Source of the DNA: Spirochaetota bacterium
GTDB taxonomy: Bacteria > Spirochaetota > UBA4802 > JAFGDQ01
DNA: 64,000 nt
Direction: 5' to 3'
Assembly (NCBI GenBank): GCA_034190085.1
Contig: JAXHTS010000055.1
Location: 10,117 to 74,116, forward strand
Positions 30,935 through 41,452 of the stretch are shown in pieces. Position numbers and translations under genes: made by a program. Numbering within the stretch: the stretch's first letter is position 1; each line of letters opens with the position of its first letter. The notes beneath the pieces were generated by a model. That model made no database searches, had not been told where the DNA came from, and was given only the letters and a program-made list of their open reading frames with translations.

Positions 30935-32398
30935 TTATAAAATATCATCATGGCAATCAATACACTCGAAATCATCAGCATCAGGATGACAAGTGGCACA
31001 TTCAATTAGTGTATTACCTCCATCCAGGTTTTCACCGTGGCATGTTCTACAAGTATCCGGAGATATATGAAACCCTCCATGCTGCCATCCACCCCCAGGC
31101 TCCTCATGATGACAACCGATTACATCACAAGATTTGTTGACAAGCCCTCCATCAAGATCCTGTCCATGACAACCCTTGCAGATTCTTGACTCCTGAGGGT
31201 ATTTAACACCATGAGTTGTCCCATCCCAGTCGTTATGATGGTGACAAAATGTACATGAGACTAATGTGTCGCCTCCATTCAGGTCATTGCCGTGACACTC
31301 CTTACAATTGTCAGGATTATCCGCAAAAGCCTCCCCATGAGTGCCTTCCCAACCGCTATGATGACAGGGAGCACAAGATTCATTCACCGAGCCTCCCTTT
31401 AGATCCTGTCCATGACAGCCCTGGCAGATACCAGAGTCCTGTAAATATTTAACGCCATGAGTTGTCCCATCCCAGTCGTTATGATGATGACAAATAGTAC
31501 AAGAGACTTGCGCTAAACCTCCATTCAGACCACTGCCATGACATGCCATGCAGACCTCATGCTTCTGTATATATTCAACACCATGCTGTGGGTCTTCAGG
31601 ATCACCCCAGACATGATGACAATATAAACACGAATGTTCTGAATCGCCAGGCCTTAGCCCAAAATCTTCCCCATGACAATCCTTGCAACTGTCAGGATTC
31701 TCTGTAAAAGCCTTACCATGCTCCGTTGTATCATTACTCCAGTCTGAGTGATGACAGGACAAGCAGGAAAATTTTACTGGCCCTCCAATAATATCACTAC
31801 CGTGACAGCCATCACATACATCTCCTTCTGCTGAATAATCATCTCCATGCTCCTCTAACCAATTGCTATTCCCTTCACCATGATGACAGGAGAGACAGGG
31901 TAGCTTAATGATCCCCCCCTTCAGGTCTTGCCCATGACATCCAAAACAAACCATCGATTTATCTATAAACTCGTCTCCATGCTGGGGATCGCTAGGCATT
32001 CCCCATGGGTGATGACAGTCTATGCATGACACCCCTGATTGACCACCATCAAAATCCTCCCCATGACAGGATATGCAATTGTAGGGATTTTCATTGAACT
32101 TTTCACCATGCACAGAATCTTCACCTCCCCATTCCATTGAAGTATGGTAACGACTTCCATCTAATCCATCCGGAAGAGATTCAGTCTGACACCCGATAAG
32201 GATGTAAGCAGATATTATAAAAATTGCAGTATAAATTGATGCTCTGCTAAAGAAGCAATAGATAGATAATAAAAAATATTTTTTAAGGTTATTGTTACTG
32301 CATCGAAATTTCAATAGATTACACAGGATTAATTTATTATTAATTTGCACTAAATTAATCCATGATGGAAGGGTTATTCTATCTCTCATTTCTCTCAC
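30935..32398 (-). CDS. Multihaem c-type cytochrome lipoprotein (about 18-19 haem sites), tandem dihaem repeats
   Basis: 18 CxxCH motifs plus one CxxxxCH (CDVIGCHH), arranged as about nine CxxCHG / CxxCHH pairs. A lipoprotein-like signal (YILIGC) is present. The true start codon is uncertain and may be a TTG or GTG inside the annotated N-terminus. Confidence 0.8.
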   Translation of the reverse strand: MREMRDRITLPSWINLVQINNKLILCNLLKFRCSNNNLKKYFLLSIYCFFSRASIYTAIFIISAYILIGCQTESLPDGLDGSRYHTSMEWGGEDSVHGEKFNENPYNCISCHGEDFDGGQSGVSCIDCHHPWGMPSDPQHGDEFIDKSMVCFGCHGQDLKGGIIKLPCLSCHHGEGNSNWLEEHGDDYSAEGDVCDGCHGSDIIGGPVKFSCLSCHHSDWSNDTTEHGKAFTENPDSCKDCHGEDFGLRPGDSEHSCLYCHHVWGDPEDPQHGVEYIQKHEVCMACHGSGLNGGLAQVSCTICHHHNDWDGTTHGVKYLQDSGICQGCHGQDLKGGSVNESCAPCHHSGWEGTHGEAFADNPDNCKECHGNDLNGGDTLVSCTFCHHHNDWDGTTHGVKYPQESRICKGCHGQDLDGGLVNKSCDVIGCHHEEPGGGWQHGGFHISPDTCRTCHGENLDGGNTLIECATCHPDADDFECIDCHDDIL

Positions 32399-32889
32399 CT
32401 GATATAAAATTTAGAGTGAAGGTTACCTTGGTTATTATTTATAATTTATTGAAATAATTTATAATTTCAGAGCTAACATTGACGTGACTCATTGTTAACA
32501 AGATAATTAATAGCACAAACATACGTCAATCTAATTTTATAAATTAATGAAAAACATAAATATACATCCTCATCCAGCTTCACATAAACTGTTTAAGATG
32601 AACTTTGTCATAGAGAACTAAAAGCTTATAGTTTATATAATTCTATTTGTGGCTATTCAAAAAATTGTGTAGATAGTAATAATGAAACTTCTCAAATAGC
32701 GCCATCATCCCCCCCTTTAACGGCGATTATGGCACTTCCCTTAGTATTTAATGGAAATCTACACAATATTGGATTAAAATTGAGGTGTATTATTGTATTT
32801 TTCGATCAAATTGAAGAAAGTGTACTATATCTTTCTCCAGCCTTGAAGTAGAGGGGCATTACCTCCCCTGAAAGGCATAATTCAGAAAA

Positions 32890-33114
32890 TTATTTTCCAC
32901 ATTTCGTACATGAATTACATGAGGAGCCCCCTGAACAGGAGCTATCACCAAAGGATGTGTCTCCACCCTTAGTCATAAAACCCAATCCGCCGGTAATCAA
33001 CCGCTTAATCATACCATTGCAGTCAGGACACTCTTCAAGAGGATCGTCCTTAATTCCCTGATAAAAGTCAAAACGTCCATTACAGGATGAACACATATAT
33101 TCGTATGTTGGCAT
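32890..33114 (-). CDS. FmdB-family zinc-ribbon protein
   Basis: MPTYEYMCSSCNGRF...CPDCNG matches the FmdB/CxxC...CxxC zinc-ribbon pattern, with a Gly/Ser/Cys-rich tail. Confidence 0.7.
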   Translation of the reverse strand: MPTYEYMCSSCNGRFDFYQGIKDDPLEECPDCNGMIKRLITGGLGFMTKGGDTSFGDSSCSGGSSCNSCTKCGK

Positions 33115-33348
33115 ATATTCCCCGCTTAATTATGATTTAGTAATATAAGCATTCTGTTAACTTACTTATTGATAGAAAATAGATCTAACCTACAAGATGA
33201 ATTCCTCAGAAACTCCTATATTATAAGATATAGTCCTATTAAATGGAGTTACTATTTTATTATGATAAAATTACAATTTTTTCAAGCTTTTTTCAATTCA
33301 ATAAACAAGAACCAATAGGAATGAATATGATATTATCTTAAAGAATGA

Positions 33349-34491
33349 TTAAAAGCGACCGGCTCTATGAGCGCTCTTGTGTATACTATCATATATAAAA
33401 ATAAATCGCTCTCTCAGTTCATCAATTCCTATTCTTTTTATAGCGGAGCCAATTATGGGATAGGGGTACCTATTCATGATGAATTCCCTTACACCGCAAT
33501 TTTGTAGAGAATCTATCTTATTAAAAAACATAATATTAGGCTTGTTCAGGCATTCAAGTGCCAACAATTCGTTCTCAACAGTTTTAATATTATTTTCTAT
33601 GTCTCTTGAAGTTATATCGATCAGGTGAATCAAGAAATCCGCATTTTGAATCTCTTCCAATGTTGATTTGAATGACTCTATCAGGTTAGCTGGCAAATTT
33701 CGAATAAATCCAATAGTATCTGTGAGCAATATCTTTTTCCCATGATCAAGGAATACCGTTCTTGTGAAGGCGTCCAATGTTGCAAAGAGCCTATTTTCAA
33801 CAAATAGATCATCCTTGGCAAGTACATTTATCAAAGTGGATTTGCCTGCATTGGTATATCCAACTACTGCCCCCAATATTTCACTGGATCTTGATTTTCG
33901 GATAAGGCTTCTATGTTCAGCTATCTTTCTTAATTCCCTATCCAACTTTGATATTCTTCTCAGTATATGCCTTCTATCAGTTTCAATCATCTTTTCGCCA
34001 GGGCCTCTAGTTCCGATTCCTCCACCCAGTCTGGACAAGGCGCCGCCAAGTCCCTTTATTCTTGGTAGAATATACTTCAACTGTGCCAATTCAACCTGTA
34101 TTTTTGCCTCAGCGCTTCTCGCCCTCTGAGCAAATATATCCAATATCACCTCAGTCCTTCCTATAATCCTGCATTTCAGCAATTCCTCAAGATTTCTAAC
34201 CTGAGCAGGCCTTATTTTATTCAAATCGAATACAATCAGGCGTATTCCCTCCCTGATTACAATATCCTTAAGCTTGTCAAGATACCCCTTGCCAATGATA
34301 TGGGCAGGATCAATTTTCTTCCTCTTAATAATTGTTGATTCAATAATAACCGCTCCAGCAGTAGACACTAGGAGATCAAGTTCTGCAAGGGAATCCTCAA
34401 CAGCCTTAATATCCTGACCATCTGTCACTATGCCTATTAGAAAGGCCTTTTCGTCAACAGATGACGGAATTCTATTTACCGATGCATCCAT
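33349..34491 (-). CDS. hflX: GTPase HflX
   Basis: HflX N-terminal domain plus G-domain (VGYTNAGKSTL, DTIGF, NKID). Confidence 0.85.
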   Translation of the reverse strand: MDASVNRIPSSVDEKAFLIGIVTDGQDIKAVEDSLAELDLLVSTAGAVIIESTIIKRKKIDPAHIIGKGYLDKLKDIVIREGIRLIVFDLNKIRPAQVRNLEELLKCRIIGRTEVILDIFAQRARSAEAKIQVELAQLKYILPRIKGLGGALSRLGGGIGTRGPGEKMIETDRRHILRRISKLDRELRKIAEHRSLIRKSRSSEILGAVVGYTNAGKSTLINVLAKDDLFVENRLFATLDAFTRTVFLDHGKKILLTDTIGFIRNLPANLIESFKSTLEEIQNADFLIHLIDITSRDIENNIKTVENELLALECLNKPNIMFFNKIDSLQNCGVREFIMNRYPYPIIGSAIKRIGIDELRERFIFIYDSIHKSAHRAGRF

Positions 34492-34984
34492 TCAATATCA
34501 ACTTACAACCTACAGTAATTTTATTCTCACTAAACCAGCCCTTATTTACCTCCAAGACATATTGCGCGGGCAAAAGGGAGGGATAAATGATCGAAGTATC
34601 CAATGGTTTCATATAGTATATCTCATTTATAACACCATAACGGTTTATAAATGCTATATCAAGTGGTATAAATGTATCCTTCATCCAAAAGTTGCGTTTT
34701 TCTTCTTTTCTGAAAACAAACAACATGCCGCTATTCTTTTTGAGCATTTTGCGAAACATTAAACCCCTTTTTCTGCTTTCAAATGAATCAGCAATCTCAA
34801 CCCTTAAAAATACAGGCTCGTTATTATTATTGATTATTGAGATATTACAAAACCTATTTTGCTGAGCGATTGTGCTATTAGATAAAAAAAGCACAAAAAA
34901 CGTCAAATAAACTATTTTAATGAAGGATTTTAACGATAATCGAGGTCTCTCTGGAATGCAGTGAGGATATACTAAAAATTTCAT
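34472..34984 (-). CDS. DUF192 family secreted protein
   Basis: Signal peptide followed by the DUF192 pattern (RGLMFR...GMLFVF...FWMKDTFIPLDIAF...YVLEVNKG). Its 3' end overlaps the hflX start by 20 nt. Confidence 0.6.
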   Translation of the reverse strand: MKFLVYPHCIPERPRLSLKSFIKIVYLTFFVLFLSNSTIAQQNRFCNISIINNNNEPVFLRVEIADSFESRKRGLMFRKMLKKNSGMLFVFRKEEKRNFWMKDTFIPLDIAFINRYGVINEIYYMKPLDTSIIYPSLLPAQYVLEVNKGWFSENKITVGCKLILNGCIGK

Positions 34985-35019
34985 CCTTAAATATTGACAT
35001 TCATGTGAATTGGAGATAT

Positions 35020-35781
35020 TTAGAATTCATCATTATACTCAATCTTAATGATCCTGTTAGCGCGGTCCTGCTTTTGCAGCAATATAGCAAACTCAATTCC
35101 AAGGTGATTGAGATATGTATATCTTAAACCAATATTCAATAACCATTCATCAGGCCTTGAGAAATCATAGTATATTCTCTCGCCCTCTGATTTGAAAATA
35201 ATAGATTCCCCCAGTGGAATGTCAATCGAAATATAATATGATGAGTTTTCAGGAATATAATCGGGTTGTGTAGGCACCCTCATCCCAAAATGAATATGCT
35301 GTTCATCAAATAGCAGGTAAATGGGTTTTGTTATTACAAAGTATGGGCCATATATCATTCTATTCAACTCGTTCTGGTAGTTAGTAGTCTTCCCTTCCCT
35401 TCCAATATAAAAGGAATCGTAACCTATTGCAAAAGAAACAGGAAAGGGTTCCCACCCATCTGATATTTTCAGTTTAGCAATCACTCCTGGAACATTCGGC
35501 TCAGCATTATCCTTGCCTATGGCGTTTTGTATATCCAGAGAAACCCCAAAGAAGATATTATCATGAATGCCAATAAATGTCTTTAATTCAACCCCGCCAT
35601 TATCATACCCAAGAAAGGATACCTGATAGGTTCCCCTGTCAATTGTATAGGCAGTGGGTGTATCAATGACTCTAGTGTTTCTTATATATGATGCATCAAG
35701 GGAAATACTGGAACAAATGAATATAATGATTGATAATAAATATAAAATAGGTTTCTTCATATTCATTGGTCTTGATTTCAT
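35020..35781 (-). CDS. Hypothetical secreted protein, probable outer-membrane beta-barrel
   Basis: Signal peptide, alternating hydrophobic beta-strand pattern, and a C-terminal aromatic residue (...EYNDEF). Confidence 0.45.
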   Translation of the reverse strand: MKSRPMNMKKPILYLLSIIIFICSSISLDASYIRNTRVIDTPTAYTIDRGTYQVSFLGYDNGGVELKTFIGIHDNIFFGVSLDIQNAIGKDNAEPNVPGVIAKLKISDGWEPFPVSFAIGYDSFYIGREGKTTNYQNELNRMIYGPYFVITKPIYLLFDEQHIHFGMRVPTQPDYIPENSSYYISIDIPLGESIIFKSEGERIYYDFSRPDEWLLNIGLRYTYLNHLGIEFAILLQKQDRANRIIKIEYNDEF

Positions 35782-37453
35782 GTATACCGAACCATCTCTG
35801 ATATTGTATTGGAAAGAAGAATAGATCCCTCTTCCCTCAACATTGGCTGAGAGAAGATGATCTTTTCACAAATCAAACAAAAGATATTAAAACTTGCCTT
35901 CTCGGAGATTGATGTGCAAGGCTTATATATATTATCGGATTTTTTTTCATCTGAAATAAAAAAATCTCAAGATTAGATGATTAAATCTTATAAAATATAT
36001 AATCATCAGTATTGACGGTGAGAATCACATTATTGATGGAAAAATTTCCAATTTAACTGAAAAGCTACATCTATATGTCAAATTTACTGATAGCAAAATG
36101 GTAAAAATCATACAAATGAAAAGGTAGTGGCATGTGTAATCTTCTGAGAGAGTTTATACCTAGCGGAAAGGAAGTTGGACAACGAAGGGTCTGAATAATC
36201 ACTAAACAATGGTTTGTGACTGCTGAAAAAGTAGACAATAAATACAGTTATCCACACTCTCATGCCTGCGTTATGAGGTTCCTGTATTCGCAGTGGAGAC
36301 ACCACTGTCCCCCCTGGGTATGTAGGAGTCTTTATTAAATAGAATCATTATGCGATTTAAGCATTCTCAAAACCTGCCCCTGTACATACAGGTGAATGAC
36401 TTCTATGAATGATAAAAATTAACCCATCTCAATCCCTAACTTGATGAGCAGTTAGGATGGTTTTTAAAACTTTAATAAATTTTATTTGACAAATATTGAT
36501 ATATCAAATATATAACATTCAATGTTTTATAAAAGCTAATCAATTTTGCATCTTCAACATTTTACAACTATAAATATCCAATCAACAATACCTAATTCCC
36601 ATTATCTATGATAATAATAGTGGTTATCAACAATTTCCTTTATGACTAGTCACTCTCCCCCTTCTTCTTTGAAAAGGGGTAAAGATAGGTTATTCTGATA
36701 GTTTTACAATAAGACATAATCCAGATTTCCTTGAGTTGAAAACAACATTAAACGTGCATTGCGATTCCATCCTTTCGACTCTCGGCTAAAAATAAAGGTA
36801 AGGGATTTATTCAACGCTTATTTCAGTAAAGTTTAATAAATATAGAAAGATCTGAAGTCTCAGAAGACTTTTTCCATCTCCCTTCCCAAGTGGAGCAGGC
36901 GTTATGCGCATTTGAAATGTACATCAATATGGAAATATTATTTTCTTTTCTTAACTTAGCCTAGTTGAGTGCAAACATTTATCCCCAATGATATAATGAA
37001 AAGAAATAAAGATGGACTAATTATCAGATGAATATGGATTGGATAATTAAACTCCACTTCTATAATATTTTTCTTGTATTATCGCTGATATGAGTTATAC
37101 TACAAAGGTTTCAATAATTTTGTAATAACCAAATTATCATTAAGCTCTATTTCAGCAAACATAGATAGCTCTTAATTATATTCAATTTAGCATGAATACT
37201 TTATGGATATCAAATGAGTAGTTTTAAATCTATCCATAACAGGATGACAAAACATTAAGCGGATCTAATAAATCTCCCATCAGGAATTTTAAATATAATA
37301 TAATTTCCAATGAAAAATTGGAATAACCTTTATTAAAAAGGAGGTGAAAAGATTATAGATTTTGCATGATCTAGAACCGAATAAATAAAGGTTTTCTTTA
37401 ACAAAAAGATATCAGCAAAATATATTAATAAAAAATCATTTCGGAGGTATAGG

Positions 37454-38884
37454 ATGAGAAACAAAATACTACTTGTATATTGTTTTGTATTGATCATGGC
37501 AGTTGTTCAGAACACACTTTTGGCTCAGGATATTGAAAAATAGCGCTATCACATATCTGGGTTTATGCAGACCATATATATACAAATTGATCCTGCTGCT
37601 GAAGAGAGTATGATGGAAACTATACAAACAAATTCAAACAAAAATGGTGCATTCATGCAGAGCGATCTGAATCTCTATTTTACCTTCTTTATCGATGAAG
37701 GCTGGAAGGCCTTTAGTGAAGTTGCCTTCCTTTACACACCAACAAGAGAATTAAATGTAGAGCCTGAGACAACCCAGGTCATAGACTCCACTACTGGCGA
37801 GGTAACCCTATATTCAACTGGAAATATGATCGGAACGCCCTATGATACATCTTACATGACCCCAACATTCTCACTTTCTAAATATGGCGCAATTGAAATT
37901 GAACGCGCATATATTGAATGGAACAAACTGTCCTATGCTAATCTACGCTTTGGTCGCTATTTCACCCCCTTGGGGATATGGCAGCGCTATCATGGAGCGC
38001 CAGTCGTAACAAGCGTGCGCCTCCCTATAATGGTAGTTTCAGCATTGGGAGGAACCGGGATGCCAACGTCCAAAACAGGGGTAGAGTTACTTGGGAAAGT
38101 TGATATTGCAGACACATTAATCGAGTATGCTGCCTATGTAGAGAATGGCATATCCGAGGCTGATGCGCTATATGATGACAATGCAAATAAGGCTGTTGGT
38201 GGGTTCCTAAATTTTAAGCTTCCAACAATCGCTGGCAGAATAGATGTTGAGTTTGGCGGCTCAGGTTATTATGGCAAGCGAACACATATCTCGCAAAAAA
38301 CCTATTTGTTGGCTATAGGGACATCAGACCTATTGGATTCAACTAATCTAAATAATATTGTTGTAACAATGGATTATGATCCTTCACAAGATGAATACGC
38401 CGCTGAGCAATGGGACACAATGGCACTGGCTCATCTTAAACTCTCCATAGCATCACTACCCCTTGATGGCACCTTCATCCTACAGGCTGAAGGTGTGCAT
38501 CAAGGGAGTGACAGGGATGATGATAGTAGAATTGTAAATTCAGTTCACGGCTATAGTGTACAGGAAGATGATATGAAGTATTACTCCTATTACGGACAGG
38601 TGGAATATCAATTCTATGGTAAACTTACTCCCTATTTTAGATATGAAATTACTAATCGAGATACTGATATAGCACAGGATAAGATATTAACCAAAAATTC
38701 AACAATGTATGTAACAGGTCTAAATTATAAGCCAAGGCCAAAGGTTGCCATAAAGGCGGAAACTATTATTGCTGATCTGGATAGCGACGTTGGCAACATG
38801 GCTAATCGTTGGGATCCAACAAAAGATGAAAAGATGAATAATGATATGATTATCTATATGGGATCAATATCAGTAGCTTTTTAA
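37454..38884 (+). pseudogene. Outer-membrane beta-barrel protein (OprO/P-like porin family?), array copy 1, with an in-frame TAG inside the signal peptide
   Basis: A good RBS (GGAGGT) plus the ATG at 37454 encodes the signal peptide MRNKILLVYCFVLIMAVVQNTLLAQDIEK. An in-frame TAG follows at 37541-37543, and the same frame then continues as RYHISGFMQTIYIQ..., which aligns with copies 2-4. The intact ORF resumes only at the Met at 37565 and lacks a signal peptide. Confidence 0.6.
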
Positions 38885-38904
38885 TTCTAAAGGGAGGTTT
38901 AAAC

Positions 38905-39339
38905 ATGAAGAAGAAAAGTATAAAGAGTCACTTAATATTATCTCTTATCCTTTTGGCAGGGACATTCACCATAGGACTGCATGAGGCTCCTGCTCAGGAT
39001 GACGTTGTTGTGATAGCGAATAATAGCAAGGGCTCGCTTAATGCTAGTCAGATAAAACGCATCTTTAATGGTGATGTTACCAACTGGCCTGATGGAGGTG
39101 CTGTCAAGGTTTTGCTGAACAGCAATCCCGGCATAACAGAGCAATTCTGCTCAAAGTACTTAAACACAACGCCTTCCAAACTGGATTCGTCATGGGTAAA
39201 AAAGAGCATACGGGACGGCACACCTACCCCGCGCAAGGTTGCCAGCAATGTAATAGTTACCATGGTGAGCAACTCGCCAAAGTTTATAGGATTTGTCAAA
39301 AGGTCAGAGGCGGGCTCCTCTGTAAAAATTATTGATTGA
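38905..39339 (+). CDS. Small secreted protein resembling a partial PstS/PBP-like domain (array partner S1)
   Basis: Signal peptide, then QIKRIFNGDVTNWPDGG, which resembles the (L/I)xxIFxGxITNW hinge motif of PstS-family periplasmic binding proteins. At 144 aa it is about half the size of a full PBP. It lies 20 nt downstream of the large gene. Confidence 0.6.
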   Translation: MKKKSIKSHLILSLILLAGTFTIGLHEAPAQDDVVVIANNSKGSLNASQIKRIFNGDVTNWPDGGAVKVLLNSNPGITEQFCSKYLNTTPSKLDSSWVKKSIRDGTPTPRKVASNVIVTMVSNSPKFIGFVKRSEAGSSVKIID

Positions 39340-39445
39340 TGTATTGTTGGAATATGGAGCTAGGAAATCACATTCTTCATGTGAATATCCAATGCACTAT
39401 AAATAATAGCTTAAAGCAATAAACTACAAAATTTGGAGGTAATTT

Positions 39446-40885
39446 ATGATGATGAAGCATTTACTATTATTGGTCAGCATAGTACAGCTTATCATTAGCA
39501 CCCACAGTATGCTTTTTGCTCAATTGATGATGGAAGAGGAGAAACGATTTCATATATCCGGATTTATGCAGACCATATACATACAATTAGATGTAGAGTC
39601 AGAAAATAGCATGTTAGAATCAGTCCAAACAAATGCAAACGAAAATGGAGCATTTGTGCAGAGTGATCTAAATCTTTATTTTAGCTTCTTCATCGATGAG
39701 GGCTGGAAGGCCTTCAGTGAGGTTGCCTTCTGTTACAAGCCAACTGGAGAACTTGATATAGAGCCAGAGACAACCCAGGTAATAGACTCCACTACTGGCC
39801 AGGTAACCATTTATTCTACAGGAAATATGATTGGGACGCCTTATGACACTTCATACATGACCCCAACATTCTCACTTTCTAAATATGGCGCAATTGAAAT
39901 TGAACGCGCATATATTGAATGGAACAAACTGTCCTATGCTAATCTACGCTTTGGTCGATATTTTACCCCCTTTGGGATATGGCAGCGCGATCATGGAGCG
40001 CCAATCGTAACAAGCGCGCGGCTCCCTTTAATGGTAGTCCCGACATTAGGAACAACCGGAATGCCTAAAGCGCAGACAGGTGTGGAGCTACTTGGATCAA
40101 TTGATGTTGCAGACACATTAATAGAGTATGCTGCCTATGTGGGGAATGGGATATCAGAAGCTGAAGCGCTATATGATGACAATTCAAATAAGGCAGTTGG
40201 TGGATTTCTAAACTTTAAACTTCCAACAATCGCTGACAGAATAGATATTGAGTTTGGCGGTTCAGGATATTATGGCAAGCGAACATATATCTCTCAGAAA
40301 ACCTATTTATTGGATATAGGAACATCAGACCTATTGGATTCAACTAATCCAAATAATATTGTTGTAACCATGGATTATGATCCCTCACAAGATGAATACA
40401 CAGCTAAGCAATGGGACACAATGGCACTGGCCCATCTTAAACTCTCCATAGCATCACTACCCCTTGATGGCACATTCATCCTACAGGCTGAAGGTGTGCA
40501 TCAATGGAGTGACAAGGACGATGATATTAGAATTGTAGACTCAGTTCACGGCTATAATATACAGGAAGATGATATGAAGTACTACTCCTATTACGGACAG
40601 GTGGAATATCAATTCTATGGTAAACTTACTCCCTATTTTAGGTATGAGACTACTAATAAAGATACTGATATAGCACAGGAGAAGATAATGTCTGAACAGA
40701 CATACATGTATGTAGTAGGTATCAATTACAAGCCAAGACCAAAGATTGCGATTAAGGCAGAAGCTAATATCGTAGATATGGAAACCGACACTGCCAACAT
40801 GGCCAATTATCTGGATCCTACAAAAGATGAAAAAATAAATAATGATATGACTGTATATGTTGCGTCAATATCAGTAGCTTTTTAA
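39446..40885 (+). CDS. Outer-membrane beta-barrel protein (OprO/P-like?), array copy 2
   Basis: Signal peptide (MMMKHLLLLVSIVQLII...AQ). Paralogous to copies 1, 3 and 4 and ends in ISVAF. RBS TTGGAGG upstream. Confidence 0.7.
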   Translation: MMMKHLLLLVSIVQLIISTHSMLFAQLMMEEEKRFHISGFMQTIYIQLDVESENSMLESVQTNANENGAFVQSDLNLYFSFFIDEGWKAFSEVAFCYKPTGELDIEPETTQVIDSTTGQVTIYSTGNMIGTPYDTSYMTPTFSLSKYGAIEIERAYIEWNKLSYANLRFGRYFTPFGIWQRDHGAPIVTSARLPLMVVPTLGTTGMPKAQTGVELLGSIDVADTLIEYAAYVGNGISEAEALYDDNSNKAVGGFLNFKLPTIADRIDIEFGGSGYYGKRTYISQKTYLLDIGTSDLLDSTNPNNIVVTMDYDPSQDEYTAKQWDTMALAHLKLSIASLPLDGTFILQAEGVHQWSDKDDDIRIVDSVHGYNIQEDDMKYYSYYGQVEYQFYGKLTPYFRYETTNKDTDIAQEKIMSEQTYMYVVGINYKPRPKIAIKAEANIVDMETDTANMANYLDPTKDEKINNDMTVYVASISVAF

Positions 40886-40903
40886 TGCTAAGGGAGGGTT
40901 AAC

Positions 40904-41338
40904 ATGAAAAAGAAAAGTCTATTTAATTACTTAGTTCTTACTCTAATCCTTCTTACAGGAACATTCATCATAGGAGTGCATGAGACTCCTGCACAGGATG
41001 ATGTTGTTGTGATAGTAAACAATAGCAAGGGCTCGCTTAGTGCCAGTCAGATAAAGCGCATCTTTACTGGCGATGTCACCAACTGGCCTGACGGAGGCAC
41101 TGTTAAGGTTTTGCTGAACAGCAACGCCGGCGTAACAGAACAATTTTGCTCAAAGTACCTTAACACTACGCCTTCCAAACTGGATTCGTCATGGGTAAAG
41201 AAGAGTATACGAGATGGTACTCCAACACCACGCAAGGTTGCCAGCAATGTAATAGTAACCATGGTGAGCAATTCGCCCAAGTTTATCGGATTTGTTAAGA
41301 GGTCAGAGGCAGGCTCCTCTGTGAAAATTATTGACTAA
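40904..41338 (+). CDS. Small PstS-like secreted protein (S2)
   Basis: Paralog of S1; the C-terminal 65 aa are identical. Confidence 0.6.
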   Translation: MKKKSLFNYLVLTLILLTGTFIIGVHETPAQDDVVVIVNNSKGSLSASQIKRIFTGDVTNWPDGGTVKVLLNSNAGVTEQFCSKYLNTTPSKLDSSWVKKSIRDGTPTPRKVASNVIVTMVSNSPKFIGFVKRSEAGSSVKIID

Positions 41339-41452
41339 TGTGTAGGGGGAATAAGGAGTTAGGAAATTCATGATTTATCATTTGAATATCCTATACTCTT
41401 AAATCTAAATAGCTTTAAGCAAAAAAAATTACAAATTTTGGAGGAAATTTAG

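Noticed and set aside
29001-31452. Plus-strand ORFs of 70-90 aa inside the cytochrome genes, rich in His, Pro and Asp
   Set aside because: They are the reverse-complement reading of the repeated CxxCH coding sequence and are shadow ORFs.
36108-36305. 65-aa ORF on the minus strand inside the 1.7 kb ORF-free region, considered as an ncRNA (tmRNA, RNase P or SRP)
   Set aside because: I found no tmRNA T-arm (GGTTCGAATCC) and no RNase P P4 motif (GGAAAGTCCGG). The CGGAAAGGAAG motif is only a loose match to SRP RNA domain IV. This cannot be called without a covariance-model scan.
37541-37543. Possibility that TAG is a sense codon (alternative genetic code or stop-codon reassignment)
   Set aside because: The sufB/D-family gene (10503-11747) terminates at TAG at its expected C-terminus, so TAG functions as a stop in this genome. 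A nonsense mutation or sequencing error is the simpler explanation.
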